Below, piece after piece: positions 32,170 through 41,600 of a stretch of DNA of 64,000 nt. The notes beneath the pieces were generated by a model, which ran no database searches, was not told the DNA's origin, and worked only from the letters and a program-made list of their open reading frames with translations. Position numbers and translations under genes: made by a program. How positions within the stretch are numbered: the first letter of the stretch is position 1; each line of letters opens with the position of its first letter. This stretch comes from Planctomycetota bacterium (GTDB taxonomy: Bacteria > Planctomycetota > PUPC01 > DSUN01). The stretch spans positions 2,560-66,559 of the forward strand of contig DAOOIT010000021.1 in the NCBI GenBank assembly GCA_035384565.1. The letters run 5' to 3'.

Positions 32170-32481
32170 TCAGCCGCCTTTGCGGGGCGTTTTGTCGAGC
32201 ACCACGCCGGCGTCTTCGAGCTTCTTGATGTAGGCGGCCGGGTCCTTCTTGAACGTCTCGGGGCAATCATCGCAGCAGAAGTAGACTCGCTTGCCCTCGT
32301 AGTCCGCGAAGAACCTCTTGTCAATCTTGCCGCCCATGACCGGGCACGTCGTCTGGGCGTTGGCCGGCGGCGCGGCGGCATCGCCTTTCTTCTCTTCCCA
32401 ACAGCCCATGAGGGCGAGGCCGGCGGCCGCCGCGAATGCGGCGGCACACAGCACGTGGAGTGTGTTCTTCATGGTCTTCAA
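32170..32481 (-). CDS. YHS-domain (TRASH-like) metal-binding lipoprotein
   Basis: Signal peptide with lipobox LALMGC. YHS-type motif CPVMGGKIDKRFFADYEGKRVYFCCDDC. Confidence 0.55.
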   Translation of the reverse strand: MKTMKNTLHVLCAAAFAAAAGLALMGCWEEKKGDAAAPPANAQTTCPVMGGKIDKRFFADYEGKRVYFCCDDCPETFKKDPAAYIKKLEDAGVVLDKTPRKGG

Positions 32482-32508
32482 TCTCCTGCCGGTCGCTGGG
32501 CGCGCGGT

Positions 32509-32998
32509 TCACCCACGTTGCGCCAGCGCGCGGTCGAGCATGATCAGGCCGTGGGGCGACTCGCCGATCATCTTGAGCTGCGCCACGATGGCGTCGGCGT
32601 TCTTCTCCTCCTCGACCTGCTCGGTGACGAACCACTGGAGGAGGATGCCCGTGGCGTTATCCTTCTCGGCCGCGGCCAGCTCGACAAGTTTGTTGATGAG
32701 GCCGGTCACCTTCTGCTCGTGCGCCAGCACGGCCTCGAAGGCGGCCAGGGGGGTGGCCCACTCGGCCGGCGGCGCGGCGATGGCGGCGAGCGTCACGCGG
32801 CTGCGACGATCGTTGATGTACTCGTAGAGCTTCAGGGCGTGGCCGTTCTCCTCCTTGGCCTGAAGCTTGAGCCAGTGGGCGAAGCCGGGGAGATTCTTGG
32901 CCTCGAAGTCGGCGGCCATGGCCAGGTACAGGTACGAGGAGAAGAGCTCCGCGTTCACCTGCTTGTTCAGCGCCTCTTCCATCTTCTTGCTCAGCATC
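32509..32998 (-). CDS. ftn: Ferritin-like protein (non-haem ferritin)
   Basis: ATG at 32998 with GGAAGGAGG upstream. Ferroxidase-centre ligands in a four-helix pattern (ELFSSYLYLAMA...EENGHALKLYEY...). Confidence 0.75.
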
Positions 32999-33047
32999 CC
33001 GATGCCTCCTTCCCAGGGGTCTGTGATGTCGCCCCGCGCCGTGACTC

Positions 33048-33566
33048 TCACGGTGCGAGTTGCTCCACAGCGGCCAGCACGGCCTCGTAGTCGGGCTCGT
33101 GCGTCATCTCCTTCACGAGTTGCACGTAGCGGATCACGCCCTCGCGGTCCACCACGAACACGGCCCTGGCGAGCAGCCGCAGCTCCTTGATCAGCACGCC
33201 GTAGGCCGTGCCGAACGAGGCGTCGCGGTGGTCCGACAGGGTCTTCACGTTCCGGATGCCCGCCGCGCCGCACCAGCGCGCCTGGGCGAAGGGCAGGTCC
33301 ATGCTGATCGTCAGCACGGCCACGCCGCTGCCCAGGCTGGCCGCCTCCTTGTTGAAACGGCGAGTCTCGAGGTCGCACACGGGCGTGTCGAGCGAGGGCA
33401 CGGAGACCAGGATGGCCACCTTGCCCTTCGCCGCGGCGAGGGTCACTGGCGCGAGGGCGTTGTCCAGCGCCGTGAAATCCGGCGCCTTGTCGCCCGGCTT
33501 GAGCTCCGGGCCGATCAGGGTGAGCGGGTTGCCTTTGAACGTGGTTGCGCCGGCTCGCTCGTTCAT
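33048..33566 (-). CDS. tpx: Thiol peroxidase Tpx (atypical 2-Cys peroxiredoxin)
   Basis: SVPSLDTPVCDLETRRF peroxidatic-Cys motif; 172 aa. Confidence 0.85.
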   Translation of the reverse strand: MNERAGATTFKGNPLTLIGPELKPGDKAPDFTALDNALAPVTLAAAKGKVAILVSVPSLDTPVCDLETRRFNKEAASLGSGVAVLTISMDLPFAQARWCGAAGIRNVKTLSDHRDASFGTAYGVLIKELRLLARAVFVVDREGVIRYVQLVKEMTHEPDYEAVLAAVEQLAP

Positions 33567-33722
33567 CGGGGCCTCCTCTCGTGGGTTCTGAGGTCTGGCT
33601 CGATCTTAGCACGGCTCATGATCGCAAGCAAGAGGCAAGTTGGCTTGGCGACTTGACAAGACGCCCCCCGCGCGGTAGCCTTCTCCTACCCCGTGCAAGC
33701 TTCGCCCCAGCCAGGAAACTCC

Positions 33723-35132
33723 ATGAGCAGCGTGCTGAACGCCGTTGACGCGGTCTTCCAGACCTATGACATTCGGGGGAAGTACCCCGAGCCTCTGTCG
33801 CCTTCCATCGCCTACCGGGCCGGCCGGGCCATCGCCGCCTATCTGCGCGAGGCGATGCGGGTGGACACCGGCCACGTGGCGCTCGGGCGCGACATCCGCC
33901 ACGGCGCGCTCGAGCTGGCCGCCGCCGTCGCCCACGGGCTCCAGGACGGCGACATCACGCCGGTGGACCTCGGCCTGATCTCGTCCGATATGGTCTACTT
34001 CGCCACGGGCGAGTTCCGCGGCGAGTTCGACGGCGGCATCATGATCACCGCCTCGCACAACCCGCCCGAGTACAACGGCCTGAAGTTCGTCCTCTCCGGC
34101 GCCCGCTCGGTGGATGAGGACACCGGGCTGAAGATCATCCACGACATCATGGTGGCCCGCCTGGCCGACGACCCGCCCGCGGCACTTGCCCCGCTCCAGG
34201 CCGTGCGGCGCGACGTGGCGGAGGCCTATGTGACCAAGCTCTTCGCCATCGCCCCCGGGCCCTACCGGAAGCTCAAGGTGGCGGTGGACGCGGGCAACGG
34301 CATGGCGGCCAGCATCTTTCCGCTCGTGGCGCGCCGCCTGCCCTGCGAGGTCATCCCCCTCCACGGCGAGCTCGACCCCGACTTTCCCGCCCGCGGCCCC
34401 GACCCCACCGAGAAGGGCGCCCTGACGGCCCTCCAGGCCGCCGTGCGCGAGCACGGCGCCGATCTCGGCCTGGCCTTCGACGGCGACGCCGACCGCGCGG
34501 TGATCGTGGACGAGACGGGCGCCGTGGTAGGCGGCTCGGTGCTCACCGCGCTCTTCGCCCGCGAGTTCCTGGCCCGCTGCCCCTACCAGCCCGTGCTCTT
34601 CGACCTCACGTGCAGCCTGGCCGTGCGCGAGGCCGTGGCCGAGGCCGGCGGCACGCCCATCGCCGCGCCTGTGGGCCACTCGCGCATCAAGGAGCGCCTG
34701 CACAAGTGCAAGGGCCTCTTCGGCGGCGAGGAATCGGGCCACTACTACTTCCGCGACTTCTACTGCTGCGACAGCGCCATGCTCGCCGCGCTCGTGGCCT
34801 TTCAACTCCTCAGCAGCACGGGGCAGCGCCTGTCCGACCTCGCGCGCCCCCTCGCCACCCGCTATCACCGCACGGGCGTGAAGCTGCACTTCGCGAGCCG
34901 CGAGGACGCCCTCGCCCACATCCCGCGGCTCGACGTGCCCTTCCCCGACGCCTCGGCCTGCGACGTCACCCGCCTGCCCACGGCGGACGTGCGGAAGGAC
35001 TACGACGATTGGTGGTTCTGCGTGCGTCCCTCGGGCACCGAGCGCGAGGTGTTGCGCATCACCGTCGAGGCGCGCGACCCGGCCACCGCCGAGCGGCGGC
35101 TGGCCGAGCTCAAGGCCGTGCTGACTGCGTAA
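33723..35132 (+). CDS. Phosphomannomutase / phosphoglucomutase
   Basis: Active-site Ser loop TASHNPPEYNG, metal-binding DGDADR and the sugar-binding GEESGH motif. Confidence 0.85.
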   Translation: MSSVLNAVDAVFQTYDIRGKYPEPLSPSIAYRAGRAIAAYLREAMRVDTGHVALGRDIRHGALELAAAVAHGLQDGDITPVDLGLISSDMVYFATGEFRGEFDGGIMITASHNPPEYNGLKFVLSGARSVDEDTGLKIIHDIMVARLADDPPAALAPLQAVRRDVAEAYVTKLFAIAPGPYRKLKVAVDAGNGMAASIFPLVARRLPCEVIPLHGELDPDFPARGPDPTEKGALTALQAAVREHGADLGLAFDGDADRAVIVDETGAVVGGSVLTALFAREFLARCPYQPVLFDLTCSLAVREAVAEAGGTPIAAPVGHSRIKERLHKCKGLFGGEESGHYYFRDFYCCDSAMLAALVAFQLLSSTGQRLSDLARPLATRYHRTGVKLHFASREDALAHIPRLDVPFPDASACDVTRLPTADVRKDYDDWWFCVRPSGTEREVLRITVEARDPATAERRLAELKAVLTA

Positions 35133-35150
35133 CAGGGAACGAGCGGCCAC

Positions 35151-35927
35151 CTACGGGCCCGCGGGGCGGGTGTCCGTGAACCGCGCGGGCATGACGCCGT
35201 GGTGCCCGCAGTACTCGAGCACCTTGTGCGACGTGAGCATCTGCGTGTCGCCCTCGCGCTCGCGGGCCACCTGACCCGGGGCGAGGCCCTCGTGCCCCAG
35301 GCGCCGCATCTCCTCGGTGTCGTGGCCGGGGTGTGCCACGATCAGGTAGGTGCCAGGCCCGGCCGCCTCGAGCCGCGCGATCAAGTCGTCGGCCCGATCC
35401 TCGTACCTCCAGGGCGACCGGGGCAGAGGCTCGTAGCCGCGCCCCCCGTGCCGCAGGCCCTCGCGCGCCATCAGCGCGTCCAGCCGCTCGCGCACGCCCG
35501 GCAGCCAACTGAAGCCCATGTGCTCGTCGAGGTACGCGATCTTCAGGCCGGCGGAGCGGGCGCGCGCGAGCTGGGCCTCGATCTCGGCCAGCACCTCGTC
35601 GGCATTGCCGCCCCGCTCGTGCGTGATGTTGGGCGTGCGGTGGAAATGGCCGTTCGCGTCCACCAGCGTCGGCACCCGCTCGGGCGGGAGGACGGGGCCC
35701 CACTTCACCGCGTCCCACTCGGCGTTGATTGTGGCGTGGAGGCCCACGCACACGTCCTTGCGGCCGGCGAGCATGGCCGCGGCCTCATCGGCGAACGGGC
35801 AGCAGGCCATCACGCCCACGTTGAGCGCCAGCCCCGCCTCCACGCACTCCATGATCGCCTGGTTGGCCGTGTGGCACGAGCCCGCGTCGTCGGCGCGGGC
35901 GAGGAGACGGATTCGAGGATTCTGCAT
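35151..35927 (-). CDS. YdjC/ChbG-family carbohydrate deacetylase
   Basis: ATG at 35927 with GGAAGGAGG upstream; overlaps the upstream stop as TGATG. N-terminal LLARADDAGSCHTANQAIMEC matches YdjC-like. Confidence 0.6.
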   Translation of the reverse strand: MQNPRIRLLARADDAGSCHTANQAIMECVEAGLALNVGVMACCPFADEAAAMLAGRKDVCVGLHATINAEWDAVKWGPVLPPERVPTLVDANGHFHRTPNITHERGGNADEVLAEIEAQLARARSAGLKIAYLDEHMGFSWLPGVRERLDALMAREGLRHGGRGYEPLPRSPWRYEDRADDLIARLEAAGPGTYLIVAHPGHDTEEMRRLGHEGLAPGQVAREREGDTQMLTSHKVLEYCGHHGVMPARFTDTRPAGP

Positions 35928-38662
35928 CAGTGGCCTCCTTCCCCAAGCGTGACCCTCACGCCGTCGGGGCAGTCGTACTCGACGTGGACCTTGCGCCCCT
36001 CGCGCCGCCACTCGATGCGGAGGGGGCCTCTTGGATGCGGATAGGCGCCACGCGCCCACTCGAGCGTGCCTGGCTGCGGGAGGATGCGGACGACGTCGGG
36101 GTTGCCGGGCTCGGGGAACTGGACGCCGAGGACGGCCGAGGAGAGATACCAGGTCGCCGCGCTCGACCAGGCGTGGCAAAGGCTATCGGTCTGCGGCCAG
36201 TGCTCCCAGCAGGTCCACGCGCCCCGGTCGAGGAGCCAGCCCCAGGAGCGGCGGATGAAGTCCTCGGCCTCCGTGGCGCAGCCGTGGCGGTAGAGGGCGC
36301 CGAGGCCGTAGAAGGCGAAGTAGGAGCCGATGGTGGCGACCGTCTCGCCGTTCGGGCCGCTGGGGGTGAGGTTGCGCTTCAGGGCGCGGACGAGCCAGTC
36401 GAGCGCCGGCTGCACCTGGCCGCCCTCGGCGATGTCGTAGAGGAGCGCCAGGGCGTTGGCGGTGACCGACGGCGGAGCGTCGGGCACGGCAGCCGGCAAG
36501 TGCTCGACGAATGCCTGGTGCCTCTCGCTCCAGAAGCTGGCGCGGATGGCGGCGGCCAGGCGGTCGGCCCGCTCGCGCCAGCGCGTGGCGAGGGCCGCCT
36601 CGCCGACGAGGTCGAGCACGTGGGCGCCGTCGGCGAAGGCGCGCTGGATGAAGCAGTTGAGGCCGCACGTCACGCGGCTGCCCTTGGCCTGGGGGCCATC
36701 CACGTAGGGGTGGAGCGAGGAGCCGTCGCACAGTTCCGTGTCCTCGGCCTGGAGGGCGTCAAGGCCCGCAAGCAGGCGTTTGAGGCCGGGCAGCATCTCG
36801 CGGAGGAACGCGGCGTCGCCCGTGCGTGCCCAGTAGTGCCAGAGGCACTGGACGAGGATGGCCGAGTAGTCGGGGTGGCGGCCCGGCGGTAACCCGTGCG
36901 GGCAGGGGCGGATGAGGCCGTTCTCGCCCTGCGACTGGAAGAAGAGGCCGATGCAGCGGCGGAAGAGCGCCGTGTCGCCGAACGCCGCGAGGTTCGAGTA
37001 GAACTCGGCGAAGAAGTCGCCCGTGTAGAGGCCGCGCTCGCGCCAGGGGCAGTCGAGATAGGCGTCCTCCATGCAGGCCCGTAGGGTCGGCGGCCCGAGC
37101 GCCCAGATGCGGTTGAGCAGGGGGTCCGAGCACTCGAACGAGCCAATCGGCTCCACGGGGTAGGCTGCCCGCGTGAGCGACACGCTGTGAAGCTCGAAGG
37201 CCGACAGATCGCCCTTCACGAGCACTTCGAGGTAGCGGCAGCCGCGGGGGTGGAAGGTCTGCCACGTCTGCCGCCCGTCGCGGGCGACATAGCGCTCCAT
37301 CATGTCCACGAAGTAGCGCCAATGCACTGCGGCGGTGCCGTCGGGGTTGAGGCGTTCGGTGTAGGCCACATCCACCACGGTGCCCGCCTTGGCCGTGAAC
37401 TCGAGCACCGGCCGCCCGAGCACCTCGCCGCCGAAGTCGAAGAGCAACGCCAACGCTGCGCCTTTCGGAGGCGCCGCGGGCAGTCTCGTTTGCCCGTGCG
37501 CTTCCAGACGCTCGAAGGTTCTCCACGCGCGTTCGCGGCACGGCGTATCGGCCTTCCTCTCGCGCGGCCAGGGCTTCCACGGCCTCAGGGCCTGGGGCAG
37601 GTCGTCGGGCGACGCGAGCGGCCAGGCCACGCGGTCGGCCTCGGCGGCGAGGGCATCCTCCCACAGCCCGCCCACGAGGAACGTGTTCGGGGAGCCAATC
37701 TGCCTCTCGGCGCTCAGCTCCAGACCCGCCTCGCGCGGCAGGGCGAGATAGAAGTCCCACCAGTCGTGTTTCACGGTTTCGACCATGAGGAACGTGTTCC
37801 AGCCCGCGCGGAGGCGGAGCGGGAAGTCGCGGCGGAGATGCTCGTCGCGGCGGGAGGCCGGCAGGACTTGCTCGCCGTTGACCCAGTACTTGCCCCACCA
37901 GGCGCCGAACGTCGTCTCCTGGTCGCGCGGCGAGTGGAGGAACGCCATCACGGCCACGCGGGCGTCGGTGTGCAGGCCCTTGCCGCCCGTCGCCACCACC
38001 ATGAGCGAATAGACGTCCTCGCTCGGGAACTCGCGCGCGGCCCAGGCGCCGAGGCAGCGAACGGGAGGTTGCCTGCTCTCGTCGAGCAGGGGAATCGAGC
38101 GGGGCCGCAACTGCCCCCAGTGCTCGGGATGCGCGTGGAGAACCGCACGTGGCCAGCCGCGGTCGTCGAAGTCGGGCCGCTCCCAGCCAAGCGGCATCTT
38201 GCGCGCGTCGAGATGCTCGGCGGGGTTGAGGGCGAACGACATGTAGTGCGTGTCGGGCCTGTGGCCGGGCGACTCCATCGCCCGCCACGACTCGTCGGTC
38301 GCAATGGCGATGGCATCGCCCGCTTCGTCGCGGGCCTCGCCCCAGGCGATGAGACCGCCGAAGCTCGGCTCCGAGTGGAACGTCACCCCGCCCGTGCTGT
38401 TGACGACGAGGGCGATGGCGTTCCGCCCCTGTCGCAGCGCGGGCGCGAGGTCAACGGTGTCGTACTCGGGCTTGGAGGGGAAGAACCGCGCCGGCCCGTG
38501 GCCGAGCACCTGGCCGTTCACGATGAGGCGATAGCGCGTGTCGGCGAACACGTTCAGGCTGCCGCCGGCCGGCTTCGCCGCCAGCTCGAATGTCGTGCGA
38601 AACAGCCCCCAGCGGTTCCGCCCCCTGCCCTCGGCGTCGAACCAGATGAACCTGGCGTCCAA
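35927..38662 (-). CDS. Glycoside hydrolase family 78 alpha-L-rhamnosidase
   Basis: TTG start at 38662 with AAGGAGG 5 nt upstream (the RBS contains the upstream TAA). GH78 N-terminal signature ARFIWFD...RYRLIVNGQVLGHGP and the six-hairpin catalytic region ACMEDAYLDCPWRERGLYTGD. Confidence 0.75.
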   Translation of the reverse strand: MDARFIWFDAEGRGRNRWGLFRTTFELAAKPAGGSLNVFADTRYRLIVNGQVLGHGPARFFPSKPEYDTVDLAPALRQGRNAIALVVNSTGGVTFHSEPSFGGLIAWGEARDEAGDAIAIATDESWRAMESPGHRPDTHYMSFALNPAEHLDARKMPLGWERPDFDDRGWPRAVLHAHPEHWGQLRPRSIPLLDESRQPPVRCLGAWAAREFPSEDVYSLMVVATGGKGLHTDARVAVMAFLHSPRDQETTFGAWWGKYWVNGEQVLPASRRDEHLRRDFPLRLRAGWNTFLMVETVKHDWWDFYLALPREAGLELSAERQIGSPNTFLVGGLWEDALAAEADRVAWPLASPDDLPQALRPWKPWPRERKADTPCRERAWRTFERLEAHGQTRLPAAPPKGAALALLFDFGGEVLGRPVLEFTAKAGTVVDVAYTERLNPDGTAAVHWRYFVDMMERYVARDGRQTWQTFHPRGCRYLEVLVKGDLSAFELHSVSLTRAAYPVEPIGSFECSDPLLNRIWALGPPTLRACMEDAYLDCPWRERGLYTGDFFAEFYSNLAAFGDTALFRRCIGLFFQSQGENGLIRPCPHGLPPGRHPDYSAILVQCLWHYWARTGDAAFLREMLPGLKRLLAGLDALQAEDTELCDGSSLHPYVDGPQAKGSRVTCGLNCFIQRAFADGAHVLDLVGEAALATRWRERADRLAAAIRASFWSERHQAFVEHLPAAVPDAPPSVTANALALLYDIAEGGQVQPALDWLVRALKRNLTPSGPNGETVATIGSYFAFYGLGALYRHGCATEAEDFIRRSWGWLLDRGAWTCWEHWPQTDSLCHAWSSAATWYLSSAVLGVQFPEPGNPDVVRILPQPGTLEWARGAYPHPRGPLRIEWRREGRKVHVEYDCPDGVRVTLGEGGH

Positions 38663-38672
38663 CGGTGCCTCC

Positions 38673-41600
38673 TTACTTCCCAAACGCGAACGGGCACGAG
38701 CGGGTGGGGTCGGAGAACATGAGGCTCGCGGGCCAGTTCACCTTGTAGTCCTGCTCGTTGCCCCAGGCGTTGATGCACGAGAGGGAAACGCCGACGCGGA
38801 CGACCTCGCCCGGGGCGCCCGTGGTCGGAAGGATGTCCTTGCCGCCGCGCCCGGCGATGCCGCCGACGAGCTTCACCTCGGCGAAGGGGATGCGGGCCAT
38901 GACGGCATAGCCGGGCCGGCCCCTGAACGAGGCGCCCGTGACGGCCCCCAAGTGCCGCCCGAGGGGATGGCTCGACAGGTCGTCGAGCTTCGCCGCCCAG
39001 ATGCAGTCGCGCGGCAGGGCGTAGTTGGCCGCCCACTCCTTGCCCTCGCGGTTGTGGTGGCGGTGCTTGAAGAGCGCGGGAGAGCCGTCGCTTGTCATCC
39101 CCAAAGTAAACTGCTCTTCTTCCAGCCACAGTTCCACGCAGTCGAACTGCCACATGGCGTTGCCCTTCGGGTCATCGAAATGCATGGTGTCGTCGGCGAC
39201 GAGGAACATGGCATAGAGGCTGGCCCCGTCGTGGGCGATTGCGCCGATGGCTGTGCCTGCGCGAAAGGTCTGCCAGAGGTCGTCTGGCACGGACCTACGG
39301 AACCCAGGTGTAGGAAGCATAACGATTTGCGGCATGACGCCCGCGTTCTCCCAGGGAGCCCAGTCGCCGCTGGCTTTCAGCTCAGGCACCCTTGGGATGG
39401 TGAGGAGGCGCTCGACGGGCTTGCCTTGTGTTCGGTCAGGCAAGGGCGGCGGACCGGCTTGGGTGGCAGGATTGTTCCACGTGAAACGTATAACGCTACG
39501 CTCGATTGTGTCGGCACCCTCGACGCGCAGCCGGGCGAAACGCCCGATTGCGTCGTCTTCCACATAGGCCCCAGGCTTGCCGTCGGGGCGCAGGTAGGCG
39601 TGGACGCCGTAGCGGAGGTCCACGAAGCCGATGCTGTAGTTGCACGGCCAGCTCCAGTTGCCCGTGGCGAGGCGCAGGCCGTCGGCGTTGAAGAGGTCCA
39701 CCTGTCCGCCGAAGCTCTTGGCGGCCATGATCCAGGCGTTCTTCCCGTCGTTGACGGCGCTGACCGACATGTAGTTGCCGCCCGAGCTGAGGGCGAACCA
39801 GAGGGGCGTGCCGTCGGGCGTGGAGCGGCCCACGCCCGTGCCGTCCGCGCCCCACCCGGGCACCATCTTGTTGTAGAGGTCGGTCACGGCCAGGTAGTAG
39901 ATGTCGCCCGTCGTGCGGTCGGCGGTGATGGCGGCATTGCACTTCATCTTGCGGGGCGAGGGGTCCTCCTTGGGGCCGAGGGTGACGGGGTGGTCGAAGT
40001 CGAAGGTCGGGTTGCCCTGGCCATCGAGGCCCTGGAAGGGGATGCGCTTGAACTCGAGGCTGTAGTGCCCGCCGGCAATGATGTCGCCGCCCTTGGTGAA
40101 GGCGATGGTGGTGTAGGCCCAGCCGCCGAGGGCCTTGTGGCGGTTGTCGTAGTCGAGGGCGGTGCGGGGCTTCAGCGGGTCGCTCACGTCAAGGAGCAAC
40201 AGGTCGCCCTTGCCGTGGCGGCTGAAGTAGAAGATGAACGGCCTGCCGCCGAGGACGACCGCCCCGTGGGGCGAGCCGGGCGAGAGGCTCACCGGTTTCT
40301 TCTCACCGGGCACCTCCACGCTGCCGCGGGGGCTCTCGACCAGCCACTCCCAGGCCCCTGTCTTCGGGTCAACGCGGAAGATGCCCGGCCAGCAGTAGAC
40401 GTATTCGGGCTGGGTCGGGTGGACGACCGCGGTGTCCATGAAGTTGCTCAGGGCCTCAAAGGCCACGGCGCCGCTCTCGGGCCACAGGCAGCGGAGGCGT
40501 GCGTGCTCGCACAGCAGCAACCGCCCGTCGGGCGTGATGGCCGCGTCGCGCGGGTCGCTGAAGAGGTCGGACGCGACGGGTGTCCACTCCCCCTTCGGCC
40601 GCTCGCGGCCCAGGGTGCGGATGATCTTGCCGCTCGCGGCGTCGAGCCAGGCGACCTTGGCCGCCTTGCGGTCAATGACGGCGAGCCGCCCCGCGCCGGC
40701 GGCGAGATACTGCGGTGTCTCGAGGCCCGTCGCGTAACGCTGGCCAACCGAGCCATCGGGTCTGAGCGAGACAACCTCCTTTGTGGGCGGGACGTCCCCG
40801 TCCCGCGAATCGCGGCGTGTGGACACGCCGCCCACAGGGCCTGCCAAGGCCCACAGGGCGCCCTTCTCATCCGCCGCCACGTCGCCGGCGCCGGGCAGGG
40901 GCCAATCGCGCTTCTTCTGGCCGGAAGCGAGATCAATAGAGCGAATGAGACTGAGGTCGGGGATGCCCACGAAGGCGGTCTGGCCGATGACGGCCACGCC
41001 CGCGACGCCGCCCGGCGCCTTCTCGCCTGGGGCGAAGACGGGATAGCTGTCGGCCCCGTTGGCCATCTTCGCCCGCTCGCAGGAGGGCGTGAGGCGGATC
41101 AGCTTCGTCCCCTCGCCCTTGCCCACCGCGCCGATGAAGCCTTCCACAGGAGTTGTGGGCGGGATGTCCTCCTCCCGCGTCTTTGTGGGCGGGACGTCCC
41201 CGTCCCGCGTATCGCGGCGTGGAGACACGCCGCCCACAATGCCCGACACGCCGCCCACGAGGGCGAGCCCCCCGGTGAAGTCTTTCTCGGCGAAGTTGGT
41301 GGCCTGGATCGGTTGGCCGGACGATGCGTAGCGTCGGAGCGGGTAGCCCGCCTCGTCATAGATAGTGGTGATGACGAAGCCGCCATCGGGCAGCGCCACC
41401 ACGCGGTCGGCATTGTCGCAGTGGTAGGCCCCCATCGCCGCCCCGTTGTCGCCCATTGCCCCGTCGTCCACGATCCGCACGTCGTGGCTCACGCTCCGCA
41501 CCTCGTACTCGCCCGCGGGCGCCGGCTGCCCGAGGTCATCCAGTCCATCCCAGTAGAGATCGGCCACGCGAGGGGCGTCCGCAAGCAGTGTCCGCACGAG

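Noticed and set aside
40855-40885. cccacagggc direct repeat (cccacagggcctgccaaggcccacagggcg) as a separate element
   Set aside because: It is adjacent to the family-2 element and probably part of its target or flank. It is too short to evaluate on its own.
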